A DNA stretch of 64,000 nt from an uncultured Terricaulis sp. GTDB taxonomy: Bacteria; Pseudomonadota; Alphaproteobacteria; Caulobacterales; Aquidulcibacteraceae. Location of the stretch: assembly GCA_964540785.1 (NCBI GenBank), contig CAZIOD010000003.1, positions 1,928-65,927 on the forward strand, read 5' to 3'. The notes beneath the pieces were generated by a model, which was not told where the DNA came from, searched no databases, and worked only from the letters and a program-made list of their open reading frames with translations. Made by a program: the position numbers and the translations under genes. Positions 30,119 through 38,452 of the stretch are shown one piece after another. Every line of letters begins with the position of its first letter. Position 1 is the stretch's first letter.

Positions 30119-31398
30119 TGGAGCTCGCCATTCTCTTCGGCGTCTTCGCGCTGCTGCTCGTGCTCGGCGTGCCCGTCGCCTTCTCCATCGCCGCCGCGAC
30201 ATTGGCGACGCTTCTCTATCTGGGCGTGGAACCGATCGTCGTCGTGCAGCAGGTGGCGAGCGGCTTTGGAAAAGTCTCGCTTCTGGCTATTCCGCTTTTC
30301 ATCTTCGCGGGAGAGCTGATGTTGCGCGGGGGCATATCCGAGCGGCTCATCTCGCTTGCCTCCTCACTCGTTGGTCATCTGCGCGGCGGCCTCGGACAAG
30401 TGAGCGTTGTGGCCTCGACATTGTTTGGCGGTGTTTCCGGTTCGGCGTTGGCGGATGTCTCCGCCATAGGATCGACCATGATCCCGCAAATGGAGAAGCG
30501 CGGTTTCAGCAAGGATTACGCGGTCGACGTTACCATCTCGGCTGCGCTTGTCGCGCTACTGTTGCCGCCTTCGCACAATCTCATCCTTTACTCCGCGATC
30601 GCCGGCGGAGGCGTTTCGATCGCGGATTTGTTCGCCGCAGGCATCGTGCCCGCTCTCTTGCTGGCCTTGGGGGTGATGGGTGCGGCCTACTTCCTCGCGC
30701 GCCTGCGCCGGTACCCCACGGAGGCCTTCCCCGGCTTCGGCGCGGTGGGCGTGCGACTGATAGCGGCGATACCAGGTCTCTTGCTGATCTTCGTCATCTT
30801 CGGGGGAATACGCGCCGGCATCTTCACTGCCGTCGAGAGCGCCGCTGTCGCAGTGCTCTATGCGCTCCTCGTCACGCTGATCGTCTATCGCGGCATGGAT
30901 TGGAAGGCGTTCGCGGCTGCCGCTTCGCGCGCCGCGCGCTCGTCCGGCGTCATCCTGTTCGTGATCGGCGCGGCAGGCGCGTTCGGCTGGCTGATGGCCT
31001 ATCTGCAAGTGCCGGCGATGGCCGTCGAGGCCATGCAGGCGGTCACCCAGGAAAAGCACATGGTGCTTCTGCTGATGCTGGCCATACTCCTGATCCTCGG
31101 CACATTCATGGATCTGGCGCCGATGATCATCATCTGTACGCCGATCTTCCTGCCAATCGCCCGCGCGTATGAAGTCGCGCCTTTGCACTTCGGCGTCATC
31201 CTCGTGCTCGCGGCGGGCATCGGACTAATTACACCGCCCGTCGGCTCAGTGCTGTTTGTCGGCAGCGCCATTGCACGCATCAGCATCACTGAAGCACTAA
31301 AGTCGATCTGGCCCTTCTATGTCGCCGCCATCGCCGTGCTGCTTCTGGTGACCTTCATTCCCGCGCTGTCGTTGACACTCCCGAACCTGTGGCGGTAA
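30118..31398 (+). CDS. dctM: TRAP transporter large permease
   Basis: LLAIPLFIFAGELM, FGGVSGSA, LPPS, GIFTAVE, GLITPPVG. Confidence 0.93.
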   Translation: MELAILFGVFALLLVLGVPVAFSIAAATLATLLYLGVEPIVVVQQVASGFGKVSLLAIPLFIFAGELMLRGGISERLISLASSLVGHLRGGLGQVSVVASTLFGGVSGSALADVSAIGSTMIPQMEKRGFSKDYAVDVTISAALVALLLPPSHNLILYSAIAGGGVSIADLFAAGIVPALLLALGVMGAAYFLARLRRYPTEAFPGFGAVGVRLIAAIPGLLLIFVIFGGIRAGIFTAVESAAVAVLYALLVTLIVYRGMDWKAFAAAASRAARSSGVILFVIGAAGAFGWLMAYLQVPAMAVEAMQAVTQEKHMVLLLMLAILLILGTFMDLAPMIIICTPIFLPIARAYEVAPLHFGVILVLAAGIGLITPPVGSVLFVGSAIARISITEALKSIWPFYVAAIAVLLLVTFIPALSLTLPNLWR

Positions 31399-31434
31399 CG
31401 CGCTCGCACATCGGGAAAAGCTTGCAAACGACGC

Positions 31435-31459
31435 GGAACGGCACGTTATGACCGGCGTT
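31435..31459 (+). promoter_or_regulatory. Sigma-EcfG promoter (distal, upstream of sRNA candidate/crp)
   Basis: GGAAC-N16-CGTT. Confidence 0.75.
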
Positions 31460-31465
31460 ATTGCG

Positions 31466-31575
31466 CCGTGCTCGTAAGAGCCGCGCGAGCCGCCGGGTCC
31501 TCCTACACCGCCCCCCGCCCAAGACGGATCCGGCGTCTCGCATATTCTCCGCCGTCCTTCCACCGCACGTTCCGC
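31466..31575 (+). ncRNA. Candidate EcfG-dependent structured sRNA or leader with C-rich loop (ends approximate)
   Basis: GCTC-GTAA-GAGC GNRA hairpin (31470-31481), then a ~16-bp stem 31485-31500/31526-31541 enclosing the loop TCCTACACCGCCCCCCGCCCAAGAC. Confidence 0.45.
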
Positions 31576-31580
31576 GACCC

Positions 31581-31605
31581 GGAACGGCCAGGCCGCACCG
31601 GCGTT
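31581..31605 (+). promoter_or_regulatory. Sigma-EcfG promoter (proximal to crp)
   Basis: GGAAC-N16-CGTT, 19 nt before ATG 31625. Confidence 0.75.
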
Positions 31606-31624
31606 TGTGCAGCGAGAGTACCGC

Positions 31625-32344
31625 ATGAAGGCACTGATCGCGCGCATAGCCGGCTATTCCCACGTCGAAGAACAAGAGTTCGCCGCGCTCAAACAGGCCG
31701 CGGTCGAACGCGTTCGCAAGAGTCGCGGCGCTATCATCGTCGCGGCGGGCGATGAACCTTCGCACGTCTTTGTCGTCTCGAAAGGCTGGGCTGTGCGCCA
31801 TCGCACGCTCAATGATGGGCGCAGACAAATCGTCAATGTGATGTTGCCTGGCGACTGCTTCGATCTGCAGGCCCTCATCGCCACAAAGGCGGATCACGCT
31901 GTCGAAGCGCTCACAAACGTTGAGCTGCTGCGTCTCAAGAGTGACGACTTTCTCAGCGCGATCAAATCCAACGCGCTCCTCGCCACGGCGTTCTGGTGGG
32001 CGGCAGTGCAAGAGGAATCCATTCTGCGCGAGCAAATTGTTCGTCTGGGTCGGCGCACCGGCCGCGAACGCTTGGCGCACATCCTGCTCGAACTGCGCCG
32101 CCGTCTCCTGCATGCCGGGCAAGACGTTGGCGACACGCTCAAACTCCCCATGTCGCGAGAGGTGTTGGCCGATCTCCTCGGACTCTCGGCCGTGCATGTC
32201 TCGCGGTCTGTCTCCGCACTGCGTGACGCCGAACTCATCCGCACCTCGAACAGTTCTATCCAGCTTCTGGATCTGGAAGGTCTGGCCGAGGTCGCCCAGT
32301 TCGATCCGGCATATCTGCACGTCGCGGCGCGGCCGGCGGCGTGA
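31625..32344 (+). CDS. Crp/Fnr family transcriptional regulator
   Basis: GWAVRHRTLNDGRRQI..LPGD, LGRRTGRERLAHILLEL, HTH LADLLGLSAVHVSR. Confidence 0.92.
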   Translation: MKALIARIAGYSHVEEQEFAALKQAAVERVRKSRGAIIVAAGDEPSHVFVVSKGWAVRHRTLNDGRRQIVNVMLPGDCFDLQALIATKADHAVEALTNVELLRLKSDDFLSAIKSNALLATAFWWAAVQEESILREQIVRLGRRTGRERLAHILLELRRRLLHAGQDVGDTLKLPMSREVLADLLGLSAVHVSRSVSALRDAELIRTSNSSIQLLDLEGLAEVAQFDPAYLHVAARPAA

Positions 32345-33307
32345 TTAAGCGTCCGGGCGGGCCGCGAGTACAGGCAATGCGCCCTCCTCCACGATGATCT
32401 CGCTCGCCTGCGACAGCCTCATCGGTTCGCCGTCGAGCACGGCGAGCGGACGCTTGGAGCGTGCATCAAGCTCAATCCGCGGCGACGCAACCAGCGTCAG
32501 CTGATTGAGCTTGCGCCAATCGCGCAGCCGTACAGCATCGCCGCCCAGCTTGGCCACATCCCACCCCGAGCGTAGCCGAAGGGCGGCCGCCTGCAGCCGC
32601 TCGCCCGTGTGCACAGGCTCCTCTTCCGGCGTCAGCACGCGGTCGAGCGATCCGAGCGCGACAACCAGAGTGTGCGCGCGATGCCACTTCGTTCCTGCGC
32701 CGCGCCACTTGACCCCGCCGCGCAAAGAGGGCCCGAGCGCGCGCATGCAAGTGAACGCAGCCGACATCACCTCGCCGTACCGGCGGGGCGGCCGCATTGT
32801 CTCGCGAAAGCGCGCGAGAGGCCCGGCGAACCCGAATGCGGCTGACAAGAAGAAGGGCTCGCCCCCAACGACGCCCACGTCCAGCCCTGTCACCGCGCAT
32901 GTCGGCAAGTCGTCAATCGCCCGCTCGAGATCCGCGTGTCCGAAGACCAGCTTGGCGAGCACGTTCATGGTCCCCCCGGGCAGCGGGGCGATTGGCACCT
33001 GAGTGGTCAGCGCCCGCTTGGCCGCGCTTCTCGCGGTGCCATCGCCGCCGAGAACGACGACAACGTCGGGCTTCTGCGCAAACGCATCGTCAAGCGCCGG
33101 TTCTAAATCCTGCGGGGCGACGCTAGCGACGTCCACCACGCTATCGGGCAATGCGGCCACCACGCGATGCACAAGCTGCTGCAAATTCGTCGAAGCCGCC
33201 GTGCCGGCAGCTTCATTCACGACCATAGAAATCTTGCCCGGACGACAAGACGCTGGCTCCGTCAGGGAGCCAGCGTCCGTTTGTCGAATACCCGCCTCGG
33301 CTGTCAT
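32345..33307 (-). CDS. Diacylglycerol/lipid kinase family protein
   Basis: VVNEAAG, LGGDGT, LPGGTMNVLA, LDGE. Exact start uncertain. Confidence 0.88.
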   Translation of the reverse strand: MTAEAGIRQTDAGSLTEPASCRPGKISMVVNEAAGTAASTNLQQLVHRVVAALPDSVVDVASVAPQDLEPALDDAFAQKPDVVVVLGGDGTARSAAKRALTTQVPIAPLPGGTMNVLAKLVFGHADLERAIDDLPTCAVTGLDVGVVGGEPFFLSAAFGFAGPLARFRETMRPPRRYGEVMSAAFTCMRALGPSLRGGVKWRGAGTKWHRAHTLVVALGSLDRVLTPEEEPVHTGERLQAAALRLRSGWDVAKLGGDAVRLRDWRKLNQLTLVASPRIELDARSKRPLAVLDGEPMRLSQASEIIVEEGALPVLAARPDA

Positions 33308-33315
33308 CGCGGCCG

Positions 33316-33495
33316 TCAGGTCAAGGGCGGCCTACCTCCTCGAGCCAAGCCGATGATCAAGCTGACTGCAAACAGCACCAGGAAGATAAAGAATAGAATT
33401 TGGGCGATGCCGGCAGACGCAGAAGCGATGCCGCCGAAGCCAAATACAGCCGCGATGATCGCGACGACAAAGAAGATTAGGGCCCAGCTAAGCAC
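33316..33495 (-). CDS. DUF1328 (YtjA-like) small membrane protein
   Basis: GTG start with GGAGAG upstream; [49 protein letters not shown]. Missing from the ORF track. Confidence 0.93.
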   Translation of the reverse strand: MLSWALIFFVVAIIAAVFGFGGIASASAGIAQILFFIFLVLFAVSLIIGLARGGRPPLT

Positions 33496-33548
33496 CTTTA
33501 ACTCTCCATACTGACAACGACCGCTACCGGGCGGTCACCTGACGCGAA

Positions 33549-33574
33549 AACGCACAGAAATCCGCCATCGTTCC
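33549..33574 (-). promoter_or_regulatory. Sigma-EcfG promoter for DUF1328/DAG kinase
   Basis: Minus strand GGAAC-N17-CGTT. Confidence 0.75.
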
Positions 33575-33662
33575 CTGGATCACCTTTTGCTGAGGCTTGC
33601 CGGCGCGAGGGGTTAGGGACGGCAAGGCTCACCCGCCTGCTGGTTGGGCGTTGCCGCGCCCG

Positions 33663-35396
33663 CTAGCCCACGTTCGTCGCCGCCGGCGCGCTCGCTGAGG
33701 TTTGCGGCGTTGACGCCTCGGTTCCGCGCGGCACGATAATACGCGTGAATACGGGGTTGCCTTCTTCGCGTTCGACGCGGGCGTTGAGCTGGCTTGCGAA
33801 CGCGTCGATCAGACGCTGCGCGGCCGGCGACATATCGTCCATGGCCGTCAGCGAATCGCTGCGCACTTCGAATGCAATGCTGGCGTCATCCTGCACCCTT
33901 AGCGACATGTGGATGGTGGCGCCGCGGGTGGCGAGCGCATGGTCGATCGCGTTGGAGATGCTTTCGCCGATCATGAACGCAAACGCCACTGCGCGATCGA
34001 CGTCGGCGCGAACAGGATCGAGCGTCATTTCCAGACGCAAGTGCGCGGCTGCGGCGCCGCGACCGGCGATTAGCTGACGTGCAACATCGCCCGCGAGCTG
34101 ATCCAGCGCGATATCGCGCACTTCGCCGGAGGCATAGATGCGTGCGTGCGCAAGCGCCAGCATCTGCACGCGATCCTTGGCGCGCACGAGCCCGCGCGCC
34201 TCGGCTTCGTCCTCGGCTGAGCGAGCCTGGATCGATAGAATACTCGCAACCATCTGCAGGTTATTTTTTACCCGGTGGTGCACTTCGCGCAGCAGCACCC
34301 GTTCTTCCTGCAAAGCTTCGGTAATGCGCGCTTCGCGGCCCCGAAGTGTCTTGGCCATGGCGGCCAGCGTGCGGCGCAGATTCCGCATTTCTTGCGGCGC
34401 AGTTCGCAACATCTCTTCGTCGAGTTCGCTCTCTTCGCCGCGCGCATAGGCGCGCGCGAGTCGCTCTACCAGGAACAGGGGCCGGGCGACGAAGAGCTCG
34501 ATCGCATACCAAGCAGCGCCCACCGCAGCGAGCCAGAGCAGGATCGGCGCGAGCAGCGTCCAGCCGGAACGCAGGCTGCCGAGGAAAGTGGCTGGCGGCG
34601 GACGCCACGCATGGAGGATGTAGAGACTGCCTGGCTGCAGCTCGGTGGCGACAAACCATGTGTGTCCCACGCGCTGCGCGTTGGACAAGAGGCTTGGGGG
34701 CGTTTCTTTTAGGATGTTGCGAACGTCGGCGGCATCCGGACTGTCGAGCGCCAGGCCTTCCGCGGCAAGAATCCTGCCAGCGCCGTCAACCACGAGATTG
34801 GCGCTCCAAGGCTCGGTCTCGCGGTGCTGAGCAAGCAACGGCGCGGCGGGCTGCGTCACCCCGACAAAGAGCGTGACGCCTTCGGGACCGATTTCGGCGG
34901 GCGCCACGGCAACAAACGCCCCGGTCGGCTCAAAGCCGATTACCGTTTGCATGCGCGCTGCCGAAGTTTCCAGCAAAGCCGCCACATCTAACCGGCGTCC
35001 CACAAGGCGACGCTCGTCGGCGCACACCACGCTGCCTTGAGCGTCGACGACGCTGAGGACGGTTAGGGCTTCATACTGGTTGCCGATCCGTTCGAGCGTG
35101 GTCTGACACCGGGCCCTGTTGTCTGCAAACAAATCTGCATTCGCCGCCAGCGAACGCGTGATCTCGCGCATGCTGATGATCTGGTCGCGGACATCCGTCA
35201 TGGCGGCGATTTCTTCGGCGCCGATCGCCTGCTGCACCGCCGCGCGCCGTTCCGCCTCCGCCGTCATGCCGGCCTGTACAGCGACCGCCCCCGCTGGAAG
35301 GAAAGCAAGGCCGAGCAGAGCCGCCAGGCGTCCGCGCAGAGAACGCAGCGACAGCTCTCTCGGCCAAAGCCTTACCGGTCGTATTCTTGTTACCAA
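33663..35396 (-). CDS. Membrane HisKA_2 sensor kinase, PhyK-like
   Basis: Two TMs, periplasmic Cache-like domain, HAMP, EVHHRVKNNLQ H-box; directly downstream of ecfG. ATP-lid glycine boxes look degenerate. Confidence 0.88.
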   Translation of the reverse strand: MVTRIRPVRLWPRELSLRSLRGRLAALLGLAFLPAGAVAVQAGMTAEAERRAAVQQAIGAEEIAAMTDVRDQIISMREITRSLAANADLFADNRARCQTTLERIGNQYEALTVLSVVDAQGSVVCADERRLVGRRLDVAALLETSAARMQTVIGFEPTGAFVAVAPAEIGPEGVTLFVGVTQPAAPLLAQHRETEPWSANLVVDGAGRILAAEGLALDSPDAADVRNILKETPPSLLSNAQRVGHTWFVATELQPGSLYILHAWRPPPATFLGSLRSGWTLLAPILLWLAAVGAAWYAIELFVARPLFLVERLARAYARGEESELDEEMLRTAPQEMRNLRRTLAAMAKTLRGREARITEALQEERVLLREVHHRVKNNLQMVASILSIQARSAEDEAEARGLVRAKDRVQMLALAHARIYASGEVRDIALDQLAGDVARQLIAGRGAAAAHLRLEMTLDPVRADVDRAVAFAFMIGESISNAIDHALATRGATIHMSLRVQDDASIAFEVRSDSLTAMDDMSPAAQRLIDAFASQLNARVEREEGNPVFTRIIVPRGTEASTPQTSASAPAATNVG

Positions 35397-35974
35397 GAGC
35401 CCGCGATTACCCCCTGAGGCAAGGACCGGACTTCCTCACCAAGGGGTGCGCCGTCCGAATCGATGCCAAGCAATTCGGCCAAACGCTTGCGCGCGCGGTT
35501 GACGCGGCTCTTCACCGTGCCGACGGCGCATCCGCAGATTTCGGCCGCCTCTTCGTAAGGCAAGCCGAAAGCGCCGACGAGCGTCAAGACTTCGCGGTGA
35601 TCGTTGTTCAATTTGGAGAACGCGACCTTGAAGTCTTCCAGGTCGACGACGCCATGCTGATTAGGCGCATCGGCGAGACGCGCGGCGTGCTGGCCTTCGC
35701 TGTCCTCGACTTCACGTCGCTTCTTGCGCAAGTCCGAATAATAGGTGTTGCGCAGAATGGTGAACATCCAGGCGCGCAGGTTGGTGCCTGGCTCGAACCG
35801 TTCGATATTCGCGAGCGCCTTAACCAAGGCGTCCTGAACGAGATCGTCCGCGCGCGCCGGATTCGAACACAGCGAGCGGGCGAATGCGCGCAGGTTCGGC
35901 ATCAAATCCACCAGCGCCTGACGGATCTCGGCCTGCGTTTGTGGGGACGGAGGGGCCTTGCGGGGTTCAGACAT
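35390..35974 (-). CDS. ecfG: ECF sigma factor EcfG/SigT
   Basis: LRAFARSL, ADDLVQD, FEPGTNLRAWMFTILRN, YEEAAEICGCAVGTVKSRVNRAR; nepR-phyR synteny. Confidence 0.95.
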   Translation of the reverse strand: MSEPRKAPPSPQTQAEIRQALVDLMPNLRAFARSLCSNPARADDLVQDALVKALANIERFEPGTNLRAWMFTILRNTYYSDLRKKRREVEDSEGQHAARLADAPNQHGVVDLEDFKVAFSKLNNDHREVLTLVGAFGLPYEEAAEICGCAVGTVKSRVNRARKRLAELLGIDSDGAPLGEEVRSLPQGVIAGSW

Positions 35975-36230
35975 CGTTGTCCTCCCCGTTCCCGCCGCGG
36001 TCCGCCAATTGATCCAGCAGCTTCATCAAGTCCGGCGGGATGGGTTCGGCGGCCACCTGTTCATAAACGCGCTTCAAATTGCGCGTAATCGGGTCGTCGC
36101 CGCGCCGCCCTGCCGGGGTGAATTCGGCGGGTCGTTTGCGCTTGGGACGGTCCGGCGGCCCTTTCGCTCCACTATCGGGCGGCTGGCCCGCCATCGGCCA
36201 CTCCTTTGTCGGTGCGTGGTCTGCAGGCAT
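35967..36230 (-). CDS. nepR: Anti-sigma factor NepR
   Basis: ITRNLKRVYEQVAAEPIPPDLMKLLDQL; lies upstream of ecfG. Confidence 0.9.
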   Translation of the reverse strand: MPADHAPTKEWPMAGQPPDSGAKGPPDRPKRKRPAEFTPAGRRGDDPITRNLKRVYEQVAAEPIPPDLMKLLDQLADRGGNGEDNDV

Positions 36231-36274
36231 GTTTTACCCTTCTCCGCAGGCAAGGCGAGACATATCCGGGACCC

Positions 36275-36299
36275 AACGCCCGAAACGGAGGGGGGTTCC
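36275..36299 (-). promoter_or_regulatory. Sigma-EcfG promoter for nepR-ecfG
   Basis: Minus strand GGAAC-N16-CGTT. Confidence 0.85.
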
Positions 36300-36307
36300 T
36301 GGGCTTA

Positions 36308-36332
36308 GGAACCGTTTTTCGCCTAGCGCGTT
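36308..36332 (+). promoter_or_regulatory. Sigma-EcfG promoter for phyR
   Basis: GGAAC-N16-CGTT. Confidence 0.85.
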
Positions 36333-36385
36333 TGAGCCGCAGGGATAAGGCTGGGCGGGACGGGCCCGGCCCGTAGGAGCCTTCA

Positions 36386-37180
36386 ATGAACCTTTCGAAT
36401 GTTCTCGCGCCTCACATTCCCTTGCTGCGGCGCTACGCGCGCGCCTTGACGGGATCGCAACGCAGCGGGGACGCCTATGTGGCGGCCACCTTACAGGCGC
36501 TCATCGAGGACCGCGGCGCTTTTGACCTGTCGCTTCCCCCGCGAGTGGCTCTTTATCGCGTTTTCCACGCCATCTGGGGCAGCGCACATATCGACCCCGT
36601 GCCGACCGAGAGCTCGGGATCGGGACTGGCCGCGAAGGCCCAGGAGCGCTTGCGCGCGCTCACTCCGCTCAGCCGCCAGGCATTGTTGTTGACCACGGTG
36701 GAGGGATTCACGACGGACGAGACCGCTCGCATCATCGGCGCGCCTTGGTCTGAAGTGACAGCGCTGGTCGCGGAAGCCCGCGCCGAAATCGAGCGTCAGA
36801 CGCGCGCGCGCGTACTTATCATCGAGGATGAGACGCTGATCGCCATCGACCTCAGCGACATCGTCGCCAAGCTGGGCCACGAAGTCGTGGCGACCGCCGA
36901 CACCGCCAGCAAGGCAATTGCGGCGGCGGCGCAGCACAAGCCGGACCTGGTGCTTGCCGACATCCAGCTCGCCGACGGCTCTTCTGGCATCGACGCAGTA
37001 AATGAGATTCTGCACCGGGTCGCCGTGCCGGTTATTTTCATCACTGCGTTCCCAGATCGCCTGCTCACTGGCGAGCGGCCGGAACCGACCTTTCTCATTA
37101 CCAAACCGTATCTGGAGGAGACCGTGCAAGCGGCAGTCAGCCAAGCGCTTTTTTTCGAAAGCACAGCCGAGGCAGCCTAG
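36386..37180 (+). CDS. phyR: Anti-anti-sigma response regulator PhyR
   Basis: N-terminal sigma-like LRRYARALTGSQRSGDAYV; REC domain IIEDE, ADIQLADGSSGIDA, FITAFPDRLLTGERPEP. Confidence 0.96.
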   Translation: MNLSNVLAPHIPLLRRYARALTGSQRSGDAYVAATLQALIEDRGAFDLSLPPRVALYRVFHAIWGSAHIDPVPTESSGSGLAAKAQERLRALTPLSRQALLLTTVEGFTTDETARIIGAPWSEVTALVAEARAEIERQTRARVLIIEDETLIAIDLSDIVAKLGHEVVATADTASKAIAAAAQHKPDLVLADIQLADGSSGIDAVNEILHRVAVPVIFITAFPDRLLTGERPEPTFLITKPYLEETVQAAVSQALFFESTAEAA

Positions 37181-37192
37181 CGGCGTACAACT

Positions 37193-37217
37193 GGAACTAG
37201 CCCATCAGCGCTGCGTT
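37193..37217 (+). promoter_or_regulatory. Sigma-EcfG promoter for entericidin-like gene
   Basis: GGAAC-N16-CGTT. Confidence 0.8.
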
Positions 37218-37270
37218 CAGCGTGCAGGCTTCGGGCGTTCCGGAGCAAGCTCACCTGGAGAGACCTTCAC

Positions 37271-37441
37271 ATGCGCACGCTGAGCAGAGCCACATTGGTG
37301 GGGCTTGCCGCCGCCGCCGCCCTCGCCTCGGCCGCTTGCAACACCGTCGCCGGCGCAGGCCAGGATATAGAAGATGCTGGGCAGGCTGTCACCGAGGCCG
37401 CCGATGAAGCCGAAGAAGAATTGAAGGAAAGCACGCCGTAA
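37271..37441 (+). CDS. Entericidin A/B family lipoprotein
   Basis: MRTLSRATLVGLAAAAALASAACNTVAGAGQDIEDAGQAV...; CNTxxGxGxD motif; RBS GGAGAG. Missing from the ORF track. Confidence 0.9.
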   Translation: MRTLSRATLVGLAAAAALASAACNTVAGAGQDIEDAGQAVTEAADEAEEELKESTP

Positions 37442-37478
37442 AGACGCCTCGTGGCGCCATTGCGAGCCAGAGCGTCTC

Positions 37479-37649
37479 ATGACCTTTCGCGCCGACCATG
37501 ACCACGACGAAGACGAACTCCAGGTAGCGGCCGCGCCCGGCAGCTGGGTGGCGGCCGCCGCCGCAGTGTCCGTTCTGATCATCGCTACAGTGACGCTGAC
37601 CCTCGTGGCGGGCGGCGTGAGCTTGAGTTCGGCGCTTCCGATCGGCTGA
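37479..37649 (+). CDS. 56-aa single-TM small protein
   Basis: MTFRADHDHDEDELQVAAAPGSWVAAAAAVSVLIIATVTLTLVAGG...; stop overlaps the next ATG (TGATG). Confidence 0.6.
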   Translation: MTFRADHDHDEDELQVAAAPGSWVAAAAAVSVLIIATVTLTLVAGGVSLSSALPIG

Positions 37650-38452
37650 TGGATAAGCCGGCTGCGACGCGCATCGTTCATATCAGCGACGTGCACGTAG
37701 GGGACGCCGACACTGCTCTCCTGAATAAGGCGAGCGGCGCGATTGCGGCCCTTGAGCCTAGCCTTATCGTTCTATCCGGGGATGTCACACAGTCGGGCCG
37801 CCGACGCGAGTTCGCTAGCGCGGCAGAATTCCTGGCGACCTTGCCGGCGCCGATTGTAGCTGCGCCCGGCAACCACGATGCGCCTGTGTTCGATCCGATC
37901 GCGCGCATAGCGCGCCCCTACAGCCGCTTTCGCGCTCTGCCCGTCGTCGACCGCTGGCGAAGCGAAGGAGACATCGTTGGCGTTGCGGCGATTTCCACGG
38001 CGCGCGCCATACAAGCGCGACTGGATTGGTCGCAGGGGTCATACCGGCTCAGTGCGCTCCGCGCCGCGCTCAGTTCCGTGGAACCATGCGCGTGGCGCGT
38101 CATCGTCGCCCATCACCCTCCCGTGACGCATGAAGGCGCTTGGGTCCGTAGCGATGCGCGGCGTGGACGGGAAGCCTTGGGAATCCTCAGCGCCAGCAAG
38201 CAAACATTGCTGCTGTGCGGTCACGCCCACGGCTTCAAAATGCAGCCGCTCGGAGATCCGTCGAGCGCTTTCTTCGTGGCGCCAACCTTGGCCTCTGGAC
38301 GCCCGCGGGATGGCGGACACGGCTTTGTCGTCTATGATTTCACGCCTGACCGCGTGGACGTTTCGCTTCACCTGAAGTTTGGCGACAGCTTTCTGGACAA
38401 AGAAAGCCTCCAACTCACAGCCGCGCCGCAGGCTCATTCGTCATCCACTTAG
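37649..38452 (+). CDS. Calcineurin-like metallophosphoesterase (Icc/CpdA family)
   Basis: HISDVH, SGDVT, PGNHD, HHPP, CGHAH. Confidence 0.9.
   Translation: MDKPAATRIVHISDVHVGDADTALLNKASGAIAALEPSLIVLSGDVTQSGRRREFASAAEFLATLPAPIVAAPGNHDAPVFDPIARIARPYSRFRALPVVDRWRSEGDIVGVAAISTARAIQARLDWSQGSYRLSALRAALSSVEPCAWRVIVAHHPPVTHEGAWVRSDARRGREALGILSASKQTLLLCGHAHGFKMQPLGDPSSAFFVAPTLASGRPRDGGHGFVVYDFTPDRVDVSLHLKFGDSFLDKESLQLTAAPQAHSSST

Noticed and set aside
37271-37649. Entericidin gene pair as a toxin-antitoxin system
   Set aside because: Only one entericidin-like lipoprotein is present and the neighbour is unrelated. A single copy in a GSR regulon is ordinary.
38415-38452. 38-nt convergent overlap of the phosphoesterase and DMT genes as an insertion scar
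   Set aside because: No target duplication or mobile genes, and short 3' overlaps are common.
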